From the IMG/VR virus record IMGVR_UViG_3300001765_000052: a DNA stretch of 64,000 nucleotides, one strand, 5' to 3'. Each line of letters starts with the position of its first letter. The stretch's first letter is position 1. Below the pieces are notes generated by a model, which was not told the DNA's origin, searched no databases, and saw only the letters and a list, made by a program, of their open reading frames with translations. Source of the DNA: a virus. The position numbers and the translations under genes were made by a program. This document shows, piece by piece, positions 1 through 8,357 of this stretch.

Positions 1-76
1 CTATAGCGGCTATTAGTGTTCTGTGTAAAGGCCTACCTATTTATACACCAAACTTATATCTTAGAGTGGAGTAAAA

Positions 77-1135
77 ATGAATACATTAAGTAATTTAATA
101 AATGACAGAAAACGGACTAGATTAGGTAGAGGAAAATATATTAATAGTTTAGATGCCGTAGTAATAGATGGTGAAGAAGTATTTCTTAAATCTGGTGTAA
201 CAACTGATTATAGTAATTATCCATTAGTTGCAAATACTAATCCAGCTGGAATCTCATGGACTCAGAGAGTATTACCTGTGAATACTGGTTGGATATCTGT
301 TACTTTTGGTAATGGAGTGTTTGTAGCTGTAGCTAATGGTAGTATTGCTGCTACTAGTTCTGATGGTATTACATGGGCACAGAGAGTATTACCTGTGAGT
401 ACTACTTGGCAATCTGTTACTTATGGAAATGGAGTGTTTGTAGCTGTAGGTTATAGTAGTGCTATAGCTGCTACTAGTACTGATGGTATTACTTGGACTC
501 AGAGAGTATTGCCTGTATATGCTAATTGGCAATCTGTTACTTATGGTAATGGAGTGTTTGTAGCTGTGACTTATAATAGTACTATAGCTGCTACTAGTAC
601 TGATGGCATTACTTGGACTCAGAGAGTATTACCTGCGAGTACTGTTTGGTACTCTGTTACTTATGGTAATGGTGTATTTGTAGCTATAGCTCAAAATAGT
701 TCTATAGCGGCTACTAGTGCTGACGGTATTACGTGGACTCAGAGAGCATTACCTGTGAGTACTGATTGGTGGTCTGTTACTTATGGTAATGGTGTATTTG
801 TAGCTATAGCTATTAGTAGTTCTATAGCTGCTACTAGTCCCGATGGTATTACTTGGACTCAGAGAGTATTACCTGTGAGTGCTATTTGGAGATCTGTTAC
901 TTATGGTAATGGAGTGTTTGTAGCTGTAGCTCAAAATAGCACTATAGCTGCTATTAGTCCCGATGGTATTACATGGACACAAAGAGTATTACCTGTGAGC
1001 ACTAATTGGTGGTCTGTTACTTATGGGAATGGGGTGTTTGTAGCTGTAGCTAATAGTAGTTCTATAGCGGCTACTAATGTTCCAAATATAGGTTCTTTAA
1101 CATATACACCTGGTTTGTATTTTAGAGTGGCTTAA
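77..1135 (+). CDS. Putative tail/receptor-binding protein with seven ~40-aa repeats (likely beta-propeller)
   Basis: Seven copies of WTQRVLPV..W.SVTYGNGVFVAV...S.IAATS.DGIT with an Asp-box-like S.DG.TW motif; located among tail accessory genes. Confidence 0.65.
   Translation: MNTLSNLINDRKRTRLGRGKYINSLDAVVIDGEEVFLKSGVTTDYSNYPLVANTNPAGISWTQRVLPVNTGWISVTFGNGVFVAVANGSIAATSSDGITWAQRVLPVSTTWQSVTYGNGVFVAVGYSSAIAATSTDGITWTQRVLPVYANWQSVTYGNGVFVAVTYNSTIAATSTDGITWTQRVLPASTVWYSVTYGNGVFVAIAQNSSIAATSADGITWTQRALPVSTDWWSVTYGNGVFVAIAISSSIAATSPDGITWTQRVLPVSAIWRSVTYGNGVFVAVAQNSTIAAISPDGITWTQRVLPVSTNWWSVTYGNGVFVAVANSSSIAATNVPNIGSLTYTPGLYFRVA
258..1075 (+). repeat. ~120-bp tandem coding repeat, 7 units
   Basis: tggactcagagagtattacctg recurs at ~120-bp spacing (first unit 117 bp). 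Confidence 0.9.
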
Positions 1136-1142
1136 TTTTATT

Positions 1143-1180
1143 ATATTATCACACGCGGCATTAACTGCGTGTGATAATAT
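1143..1180. terminator. Intergenic hairpin
   Basis: atattatcacacgcgg / ctgcgtgtgataatat inverted repeat after the stop codon. Confidence 0.6.
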
Positions 1181-1204
1181 GATTAAATATACAAAGGGTA
1201 TTTT

Positions 1205-1852
1205 ATGGCTAAAACAAAATTAAACATTAATCAATTGCACGCTATAGGCGTGGACGGTATAGCAACAGATGATGAATTAAATGAAGCACTGTTATATCAT
1301 AAAAGTGATATAAATGCACACTCTCAATATTTAACCGACGGAGATGTTTATTCTAGATCTTCAGGGGTGCCGTGGGCTGATATTACTGATGTTCCAAGTA
1401 TACTTCCTGTCCTATCATTAGCTATACAAGTACCGGCTATGTCAGGCACATCAATTATACCGTTTGACAATACCTCTCCGTTAATAACTGAAGGTACGTT
1501 AATAGCAACAGCTAATTGCACACCTTATAGTGTTAATAGTAAATTAATAATTCAAGGCTCTTTACAAGTAAATTGCGGTACAGGAAATAGAAATCTTATA
1601 ATATCTTTATTTAAAAATACAGTATGCATTGGTGCGGTTGTTCTGAATTTTGTCTCATCTACAAGACCGACAGTATTTCCATTTGTATTTACTGATTTAT
1701 TAATGGGTAAAACTGATTTTGGCAATACTGTCAGTTATACGCTTAGATTTGGTGTAGCTGTAAGGGCAACATGGTACATTAATAAAATGGTTACTGCTGC
1801 TTTAAATGGTTTAATGGTTAGTAATAGTATTGTATTTTCGGAGTACGTATAA
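1205..1852 (+). CDS. Hypothetical virion/tail-associated protein
   Basis: 215-aa ORF; H...NAHSQY motif common in tail-fibre N-termini; beta-rich C-terminus. Confidence 0.45.
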   Translation: MAKTKLNINQLHAIGVDGIATDDELNEALLYHKSDINAHSQYLTDGDVYSRSSGVPWADITDVPSILPVLSLAIQVPAMSGTSIIPFDNTSPLITEGTLIATANCTPYSVNSKLIIQGSLQVNCGTGNRNLIISLFKNTVCIGAVVLNFVSSTRPTVFPFVFTDLLMGKTDFGNTVSYTLRFGVAVRATWYINKMVTAALNGLMVSNSIVFSEYV

Positions 1853-2298
1853 TGACATATATTGAAGCAATTGGTTTAGGTTTTCCTAGTGTGCAGTGCC
1901 ATGCACTAGGTGATTTATATGAAGATTTAGTATATGATTCTGGAACTGCTATACCAGATAAAAATACTTTAGATCAATGGATTACTGCTAACCCTAGTTT
2001 GTGTTCTGATTCTAAAATTACAGTACTGGCATTTAGAAATAGGTTTACAAGAATTGAAAAAATTACTATGGATTTCGCATCTATAGATAATGTAGCTAAT
2101 ACAATACAACAGAGACAATTAGCAGCTGCTATTAGAGTAGATATTAAAGATAGTGACAATGCTACATATATTGATTTGCTTAGACCTGAGACTAGGACAG
2201 GTGTACAAACTTTAGAAACATATGGTTTAATTGCTGCGGGTAGAGCTACTATTATTTTAGATACGCCAATTACACCAATTGAAAGGTATTATGGATGA
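1852..2298 (+). CDS. Hypothetical tail-fibre accessory protein
   Basis: Coupled to the previous ORF; ITVLAFRNRFT..EK motif resembles phage tail accessory proteins. Confidence 0.4.
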   Translation: MTYIEAIGLGFPSVQCHALGDLYEDLVYDSGTAIPDKNTLDQWITANPSLCSDSKITVLAFRNRFTRIEKITMDFASIDNVANTIQQRQLAAAIRVDIKDSDNATYIDLLRPETRTGVQTLETYGLIAAGRATIILDTPITPIERYYG

Positions 2299-2912
2299 AG
2301 ATATTATCTTACTTAAAAGAAAAAATAGTATTGACTATAGGCAAGATAGAGTGGAAAACTAATAAAGTAATTCCAGATACTGAACTAATAAAAATACATA
2401 ATTTATTAGAAGATAATTATTGTATTATCTTAACTAGGAGATCTAATCATCTATCTACTTTTTTTGTTGGTTTAGCTGATTTCTTATTAACATGTAAATG
2501 GGGTTATTGGTCTCATGTATTAATGAATTTAGAAGACGAACTAAAATCAGTAGATGATTTTAGATTAGTTGAAGCTACTGGAACTGGTGTACATTATACT
2601 CCTTTCGAGAAAGTATTTAATGTTCAATCTGTTGCAATATTAAAACCAAAAACATTAGATTTAGAAAAATGGACAAGTTTAGTAGATGTAGTTAAATTAC
2701 AAATTGGTAAACCGTACGATACAATGTTTAATATTAAGGATTCATCTAAACTTAGTTGCATTGAATTAATACGTGTGGTTTTACAACATGAACCAAATTA
2801 CTATGAAGATTTCAAAAATTTTGAAAAGTTAATTCATAGATACAAGAACATTTCACCGCAAATGTTATTTAATTGTGGTGATTTTGATATAGTGTATCTA
2901 TTAAAAGTTTAG
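2295..2912 (+). CDS. Permuted NlpC/P60 (YiiX/YebB-like) papain-fold enzyme
   Basis: WSHV His precedes GKPYD and LSCIEL Cys, the permuted catalytic order. Confidence 0.65.
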   Translation: MKILSYLKEKIVLTIGKIEWKTNKVIPDTELIKIHNLLEDNYCIILTRRSNHLSTFFVGLADFLLTCKWGYWSHVLMNLEDELKSVDDFRLVEATGTGVHYTPFEKVFNVQSVAILKPKTLDLEKWTSLVDVVKLQIGKPYDTMFNIKDSSKLSCIELIRVVLQHEPNYYEDFKNFEKLIHRYKNISPQMLFNCGDFDIVYLLKV

Positions 2913-2950
2913 TCATAATACTCACTACTAAAAAGTAGTGAGTATTATGA
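2913..2950. terminator. Hairpin between convergent genes
   Basis: 17-bp perfect stem tcataatactcactact / agtagtgagtattatga. Confidence 0.7.
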
Positions 2951-2966
2951 TTTACTATATTTTCAT

Positions 2967-3362
2967 TTATGCTTGTGTTAACGTAATAGGGAAAGTACTT
3001 AAATAATGTACCCCATTGTAATCTACATCAATAATTGCTGTATCGCTTGCGCCTAGTGCACTAGAATCCCAATTAAATGAAAATGTATATTCTATATGAT
3101 TCGTAGAATTATTACCAAAAATTACATCTTCACCATAGAATCCCGGTATACTAACTTGATCAATATAAGGCGACATAGTTCCATCAATAATATTTCTACC
3201 ATATAAATCAAAATTATTTCCTGGTGTATGTTTATACGTCCAAGCCATATATGTAACTGTAGAATTATCTGGTATACCAGATGTTTCTATTGTTACTGTT
3301 AATACGTCATTAGGTAAAGTAGTTGTTTTACTTGGAATAATACTAATAATTGTTGGAACTAT
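2967..3362 (-). CDS. C-terminal extension (-1 frame) of the 3359-3880 gene
   Basis: The 93-aa ORF frame is open upstream to 3362 (IVPTIISIIPSKTTTLPNDVLTVTIETSGIPDNSTVTY), abutting the AAA AAA TAG end of the upstream ORF. Confidence 0.55.
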   Translation of the reverse strand: MVPTIISIIPSKTTTLPNDVLTVTIETSGIPDNSTVTYMAWTYKHTPGNNFDLYGRNIIDGTMSPYIDQVSIPGFYGEDVIFGNNSTNHIEYTFSFNWDSSALGASDTAIIDVDYNGVHYLSTFPITLTQA

Positions 3363-3880
3363 TTTTTCTGAATTGTTACTAATTTATCAATAATAGGTAA
3401 TGCATTATTATCATTTGACCAGGCTCTAAACCAAAAATATTCTACTTCTGCTGTAGATGTCCTAGGCATCATTGCAGTTTCAATACTAGCATAATTATCA
3501 ATTATTTTAACAGCCGAACCACTACTAATAGTAAAATCGTTATTAGAACTGGGTTGATAACTATTAGCATCTGTTTCTGATATATTAGTTATAAACCAAT
3601 TTATTGTTGCCCCATCGTCTATATCAGTTGTACTTATTTCAAATATAACTGGTGTAATTAAATCAACATCGTTAACGAGTAAATCTCTAGGTGACCAATA
3701 TTTTACAGTTTCCCATCCTGATGTCTTTATGTTACCTGGATAATTACTAGTATATTGATATACATCTTCATCTAAAAATACTAATGCATCTTTAATAGCT
3801 ACCATGTCATTAATACGTAAATCGGGTGATGTAGCTCCAGGAATTGGATATCCTAAATTTGCTGAGGTTGTAACTGGCAT
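3359..3880 (-). CDS. Paralog 3 of small tail-fibre-like family
   Basis: N-terminus MPVTTSANLGYPIPG...D..AIKDALVFLD shared with two neighbours. Confidence 0.6.
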   Translation of the reverse strand: MPVTTSANLGYPIPGATSPDLRINDMVAIKDALVFLDEDVYQYTSNYPGNIKTSGWETVKYWSPRDLLVNDVDLITPVIFEISTTDIDDGATINWFITNISETDANSYQPSSNNDFTISSGSAVKIIDNYASIETAMMPRTSTAEVEYFWFRAWSNDNNALPIIDKLVTIQKK

Positions 3881-3897
3881 AATAAATCCTTTTTAAT

Positions 3898-4416
3898 TTA
3901 AATTTGATAATATAATTCGTATTCGACAGTAAACCAATCTATATTAATTTCTACACCATTAGAAATTGCTACAGAAACATCAAAATAACAAACTGGGTCA
4001 CTGTTTGATAAATGCGTAACTGATATATTAGCTACCCCTTTATTATCAGATATTACTGCATCTGAACTATTAACAACATAAGCTACTTGAGTAGCAATTG
4101 ATTGATGAAGTTTAGTATTTGGACTAGTTATACTCCATTGTAATGGGGTACCATCTGGAACATTTACAGTGCGCACAATAAGAATTAAATTATTTGATAT
4201 AGATGTACTTAAATTCATTCTAGTATCAACATCGCATTCAATTCTAAGTATTTTAGCTACTGAAAAAGGGACTACATTATTTTCAATGTAAGTACCTACT
4301 ACATTATCTAAAAAAACTAATGCGTCTTGTATTGCAATTAAATCTTCGTGACGATTATCGCCTTCTATGGATCCAGGAATTTGATATCCTAAGTTTAATG
4401 AGGTTGTAACTGGCAT
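3898..4416 (-). CDS. Paralog 2 of small tail-fibre-like family
   Basis: MPVTTSLNLGYQIPG...AIQDALVFLD; Ig-like VRTVNVPDGTPLQWSI unit. Confidence 0.6.
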   Translation of the reverse strand: MPVTTSLNLGYQIPGSIEGDNRHEDLIAIQDALVFLDNVVGTYIENNVVPFSVAKILRIECDVDTRMNLSTSISNNLILIVRTVNVPDGTPLQWSITSPNTKLHQSIATQVAYVVNSSDAVISDNKGVANISVTHLSNSDPVCYFDVSVAISNGVEINIDWFTVEYELYYQI

Positions 4417-4445
4417 GATAATATCCTTATATTTTAGTAATTAAT

Positions 4446-4922
4446 TTAACTATTTGTAACAATGTTATCAGTGGATATACTACTAGATGATCCATAATTT
4501 TTTACAGTAGCTTTCAATGAAAACAAAAAATAGCCGGGATAATTTCTAGTTGGAGAATATGTAATCTCAAAAACATTATCAGATACCATAGCTAAACCTG
4601 CATTAGACACATAATGATTAGGTCGTGGATTTTCTTCACTATAATATAATTTTAAAACTATATCATCTTTATTAGTTATATTACTTGTATTTATAGTAAA
4701 TACAACGTCATCAATAATATTATAAACCCATTTATCTGCAGTAATACTAATAATCTCTTTAAAAGTAGCCCTTCTAATAGCATCATTTGTTTTAAAAACA
4801 CTCCACCTTTCGTCTAATACTATTAAAGCGTCTTTAATAGCAACTATATCATTCAACCTATTATCTGTAAGCTCTGCTCCAGGTAATGGGTATTGCATAA
4901 TAACCGATTGCGATACTGGCAT
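4446..4922 (-). CDS. Paralog 1 of small tail-fibre-like family
   Basis: Start moved to MPVSQS (4922) by paralog alignment and aaaggtg RBS. Confidence 0.6.
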   Translation of the reverse strand: MPVSQSVIMQYPLPGAELTDNRLNDIVAIKDALIVLDERWSVFKTNDAIRRATFKEIISITADKWVYNIIDDVVFTINTSNITNKDDIVLKLYYSEENPRPNHYVSNAGLAMVSDNVFEITYSPTRNYPGYFLFSLKATVKNYGSSSSISTDNIVTNS

Positions 4923-5016
4923 AACTGCACCTTTAAAAAATATTAACGTTTTACACATATCATGTTTGATATTTTTAGCTTTCTAAGTAAGAAAATTTTA
5001 CAGTTTATATAAAGAT

Positions 5017-7242
5017 TTACCAATATTTTTTACCTGCTAAAGCAATATCACTCAATCCGTCTACAATTAAATTATTTGGGTTATAATTATATCCAATTTT
5101 ATCATAGTAACTTTGACCATAACTTGTTTTAATTGTATTCTTATTTTTACCAATTTTAGCTTCATTAATGATGGCATCTACGGAATAATATTCACCATCC
5201 TCTAGTATAATTTTAGAATCTAAATAACGTAATTCATTTTCTATTTTACTAGCTATTGCAGTATCTTCTTCTTCTTTTAATTTTTCGTATAATTCTTCTA
5301 TACGTGCTCTTATGTTATCTTGCTCGATTTTAAAATAAGCTTGTTCTGGTGCTATATTAATCTTTTGTTTATGTTCAACTAAAATTTGACGAGAATCTAT
5401 GCCATAAAAATTTAAATTTTTTCCCATTGTTAATAACCAATTGCATAACAAATACCCAATTACCAAATCATCGTGACCACCAATATCATGATCAATTCTA
5501 CCATTTCTTATAACCAAACTTGCTATCTGTTCAGTAAGCGCTCTATCTTTAATTTTATCAGCACACCTTCTTGCTGCATTTTGTAATGTAATAGAATATA
5601 ATTCAGCGCGGCTAGTAGCTCCATTTGCACTGGTAGCAAAACCAAAATATTTTTTAGCCCTCACATATAAATCATCTTTTCGTCTTCTTAGTGGTAGATT
5701 TGCTTCCTCGTATATACTTCTTTGTTCTAATGGGTCATTAACAATCCAATTAAATAATCTTTTAAATGGATCAATACCGCGTTGTGGAAGAAATAAAAGT
5801 AAATAATCTATAATTGTCGAACCTGTTGATCTTCTTTCGATGATCATTGTAGAATTTATATATTCGGCTAATATATAAACAAGCCACTGTGAAAAAGTAA
5901 TTAAATTCGTTTCGTTAAATGTACCTATAGCAATCAATGCACCAGTTTCCACATCTTGCATTACAAATGAAATATCGTCCCCACCAGAAGCATCACTGGT
6001 ATCAATTCCAATTACAGTTTTCCTATTTGACATATACTTAGAAATATCTTCTTTTGGTATATACCATCTAAGTATATATCCACCAATAGGATTAACTTGT
6101 TGATACTTTTCACTTTCTATGCATGACGCCATTATTTCTAATATAGAAATAGGTATTGGTGATGTTTGTGTACCACTTGACCACGCACAAAAATAATCTC
6201 TATTTGCATCATCTGGAGATTGATTAGATCGGTCTAATTGTTTCTTTAACCATTCATCTGTTTTACCTAATTGCTTATGGTTGAAAACACCGTATATACG
6301 ATAAGCACCTTTACGAGAATTAGAACAAACCATATGCATTAATTCTTCTTTATTTTTTGCATCAAAAAAATTTTCGCTCCAAACAGCTGACTCTTGTGCA
6401 TAATTATAAACATACTTACCTTCGGGTGTATCTTTTTTACCAGCAGTTGTAGTTAAAATAACACCATACGGTTCATTTAATTCCTCGGCTCTATCACACG
6501 CTGCACCCATTGCTGCTAATAATGCACCCATGGATATATTAATGTTAGGTTGAAAAGGTGATTCATCAATATGTACAATTGGCGTTGTTAATCCTCTACC
6601 AATATTGTACGCTCTTTTAGGTGACGCTTGTGGTACATGTGTAAGATATTTATTACCAAATCTATTAATAGTGAGCGCCTCTGTGTTATTAGCGTCTTCT
6701 CTTGTTTTAAAATTTAAATAAGTTGGTAACTCATCATAAATATTTTTTAATCTATTAATATTGTCGGTTCTAAGAGTATCATCTTTAGTAAGTAAATTAA
6801 TCTGTGTGTTCGTACATAAGAAATTTAAAAGTGCCGTCATAAGTAAATCAGTTGAAAATGATTTACCTGTTTGCCGAGGTTGTATTAATATAAATGTAAT
6901 ATGGTTAAAAAAACTCCACCATAAAGCTATGTTACCTCTATTAGCTTCTACCATAGATGGTTCATTACCTGCAGTCGCTGGCGCTCTTAGAACTTCTCTA
7001 ACTATATACCAAAAATTTGTTCGACATTCTACACCTATCATCATCATTTGCTCTACAGTCAAATCTGGATCATATGGATCTACACCTTGTAGTTTTGGGT
7101 TATGTAAAGATAACATGAATGAATTATTTTCAATTCCCATGTGTTTATATAAAGTAGCTAATCTAACAAAACTTTTATTCTTAGTTTCTGTATCTATAAT
7201 GGAATTAGAATAGTTTAACCAGTCATCTTTAAATAATATCAT
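5017..7242 (-). CDS. terL: Terminase large subunit (phiKZ-type)
   Basis: Walker A PRQTGKS, Walker B VHIDE, coupling motif LTTTAG, nuclease IGIDTS and HDDLVI. Confidence 0.9.
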   Translation of the reverse strand: MILFKDDWLNYSNSIIDTETKNKSFVRLATLYKHMGIENNSFMLSLHNPKLQGVDPYDPDLTVEQMMMIGVECRTNFWYIVREVLRAPATAGNEPSMVEANRGNIALWWSFFNHITFILIQPRQTGKSFSTDLLMTALLNFLCTNTQINLLTKDDTLRTDNINRLKNIYDELPTYLNFKTREDANNTEALTINRFGNKYLTHVPQASPKRAYNIGRGLTTPIVHIDESPFQPNINISMGALLAAMGAACDRAEELNEPYGVILTTTAGKKDTPEGKYVYNYAQESAVWSENFFDAKNKEELMHMVCSNSRKGAYRIYGVFNHKQLGKTDEWLKKQLDRSNQSPDDANRDYFCAWSSGTQTSPIPISILEIMASCIESEKYQQVNPIGGYILRWYIPKEDISKYMSNRKTVIGIDTSDASGGDDISFVMQDVETGALIAIGTFNETNLITFSQWLVYILAEYINSTMIIERRSTGSTIIDYLLLFLPQRGIDPFKRLFNWIVNDPLEQRSIYEEANLPLRRRKDDLYVRAKKYFGFATSANGATSRAELYSITLQNAARRCADKIKDRALTEQIASLVIRNGRIDHDIGGHDDLVIGYLLCNWLLTMGKNLNFYGIDSRQILVEHKQKINIAPEQAYFKIEQDNIRARIEELYEKLKEEEDTAIASKIENELRYLDSKIILEDGEYYSVDAIINEAKIGKNKNTIKTSYGQSYYDKIGYNYNPNNLIVDGLSDIALAGKKYW

Positions 7243-7264
7243 ATATACTTCCTTTTTAAATTAT

Positions 7265-7302
7265 AGAGTACCATTTTGTTAATATTAACAAAATGGTACT
7301 CT
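7265..7302. repeat. 38-bp perfect palindrome upstream of terminase
   Basis: agagtaccattttgttaat|attaacaaaatggtactct. Confidence 0.85.
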
Positions 7303-7322
7303 CCTATGGGCTATATAAATTT

Positions 7323-8357
7323 TTATCCGTGAACAGTACTTGTACCTGAAGTAAACAGTAAATTAGTTTCAACATCTTTTACTTTCCAATTGAAACTACG
7401 TACTTCACCGGGCTCAATTGTTGCAGAAGATGACATTCGTATTATTGCACTATACCTGTCGTTACTAGATGTTTTTAATTGGAAGGGATTTGTTAAAGGT
7501 TTAAAAGTACTATCTGTGCTATTTTCATCGTAATACTCTAAATCGTTAATAGTAAAATTAGTGCTAAGCGGTTCAAAAAATACATTGATATACGGATAAG
7601 AAGGAAGAGTAGACACCGGAAACGGATATACACTAAATTCAATAATAGAGTTACGCGATATCCATGAACTATTAAAACCAGCTTGATAAGTTTTACAATA
7701 ACCACCAGGTGCAACTCCTGTATATTGAATATAAAATGTTTTACTAAAACCTGGAATTGAAATAGTAATTACCTTTTCCCCAGTTGTATTTAAATCACTT
7801 TTTGACCAGATTGTCCACCCGGCGGCCTGACTGCTATAGTTAATCCTAGCATAACCAGAAGTTACATCTATATATGTTGTATCACCTGAAGTTTCCCATC
7901 GTATTTCTGAATTATCTTCATAATTTGCCGTTCTTATTTCAAAATAATTACTCTCACCTTCGTTCATATGGATTTTTTCCATAGTAAAACTTAAGATAGT
8001 AGGTGTTGGGGAAGGTGTAGGTGTTGGGGAAGGTGTAGGTGTTGGGGAAGGTGTAGGTGTTGGGGAAGGTGTAGGTGTGGGTACTTTAAACTCTACTGTA
8101 AAAGTTGTACTAGCTTCACCAAGAGTTACACCTACAGTGTAGGTTCCATTACTTGAATCGTTTGTTATCGTAGGTATTGACCATGTAGCAAGATTATTGC
8201 TAACTAATACATTACCTTTTCTATTTGTGAATGCAATAGTATCAGTAGATCCACTAGTGTCCCATGTAAGCGATGCACCATCGGGATATCCACTTGTTAC
8301 TGCAATACATGATACTGATTCCCCTTCTTTAATGCTAGTTGGTACAGTTATAAACCC
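7323..8357 (-). CDS. C-terminal part of left adhesin, reachable by -1 frameshift
   Basis: The 219-aa ORF frame is open to 8357 (ITVPTSIKEGESVSCIAVTSGYPDG...PTPTPSPT) and continues the repeat pattern of the 558-aa ORF. Confidence 0.7.
   Translation of the reverse strand, partial: GFITVPTSIKEGESVSCIAVTSGYPDGASLTWDTSGSTDTIAFTNRKGNVLVSNNLATWSIPTITNDSSNGTYTVGVTLGEASTTFTVEFKVPTPTPSPTPTPSPTPTPSPTPTPSPTPTILSFTMEKIHMNEGESNYFEIRTANYEDNSEIRWETSGDTTYIDVTSGYARINYSSQAAGWTIWSKSDLNTTGEKVITISIPGFSKTFYIQYTGVAPGGYCKTYQAGFNSSWISRNSIIEFSVYPFPVSTLPSYPYINVFFEPLSTNFTINDLEYYDENSTDSTFKPLTNPFQLKTSSNDRYSAIIRMSSSATIEPGEVRSFNWKVKDVETNLLFTSGTSTVHG
7998..8082 (-). repeat. 18-bp tandem repeat encoding a PTPTPS linker
   Basis: aggtgttggggaaggtgt repeated about four times. 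Confidence 0.85.

Noticed and set aside
258-1075. CRISPR array
   Set aside because: Repeats are in-frame 120-bp coding units without unique spacers
6761-7213. Antisense ORFs (e.g. 6761-7213, 19545-19874, 34451-34813, 36552-36944, 54734-57814)
   Set aside because: Shadows of well-supported genes on the opposite strand, with no motifs or RBS
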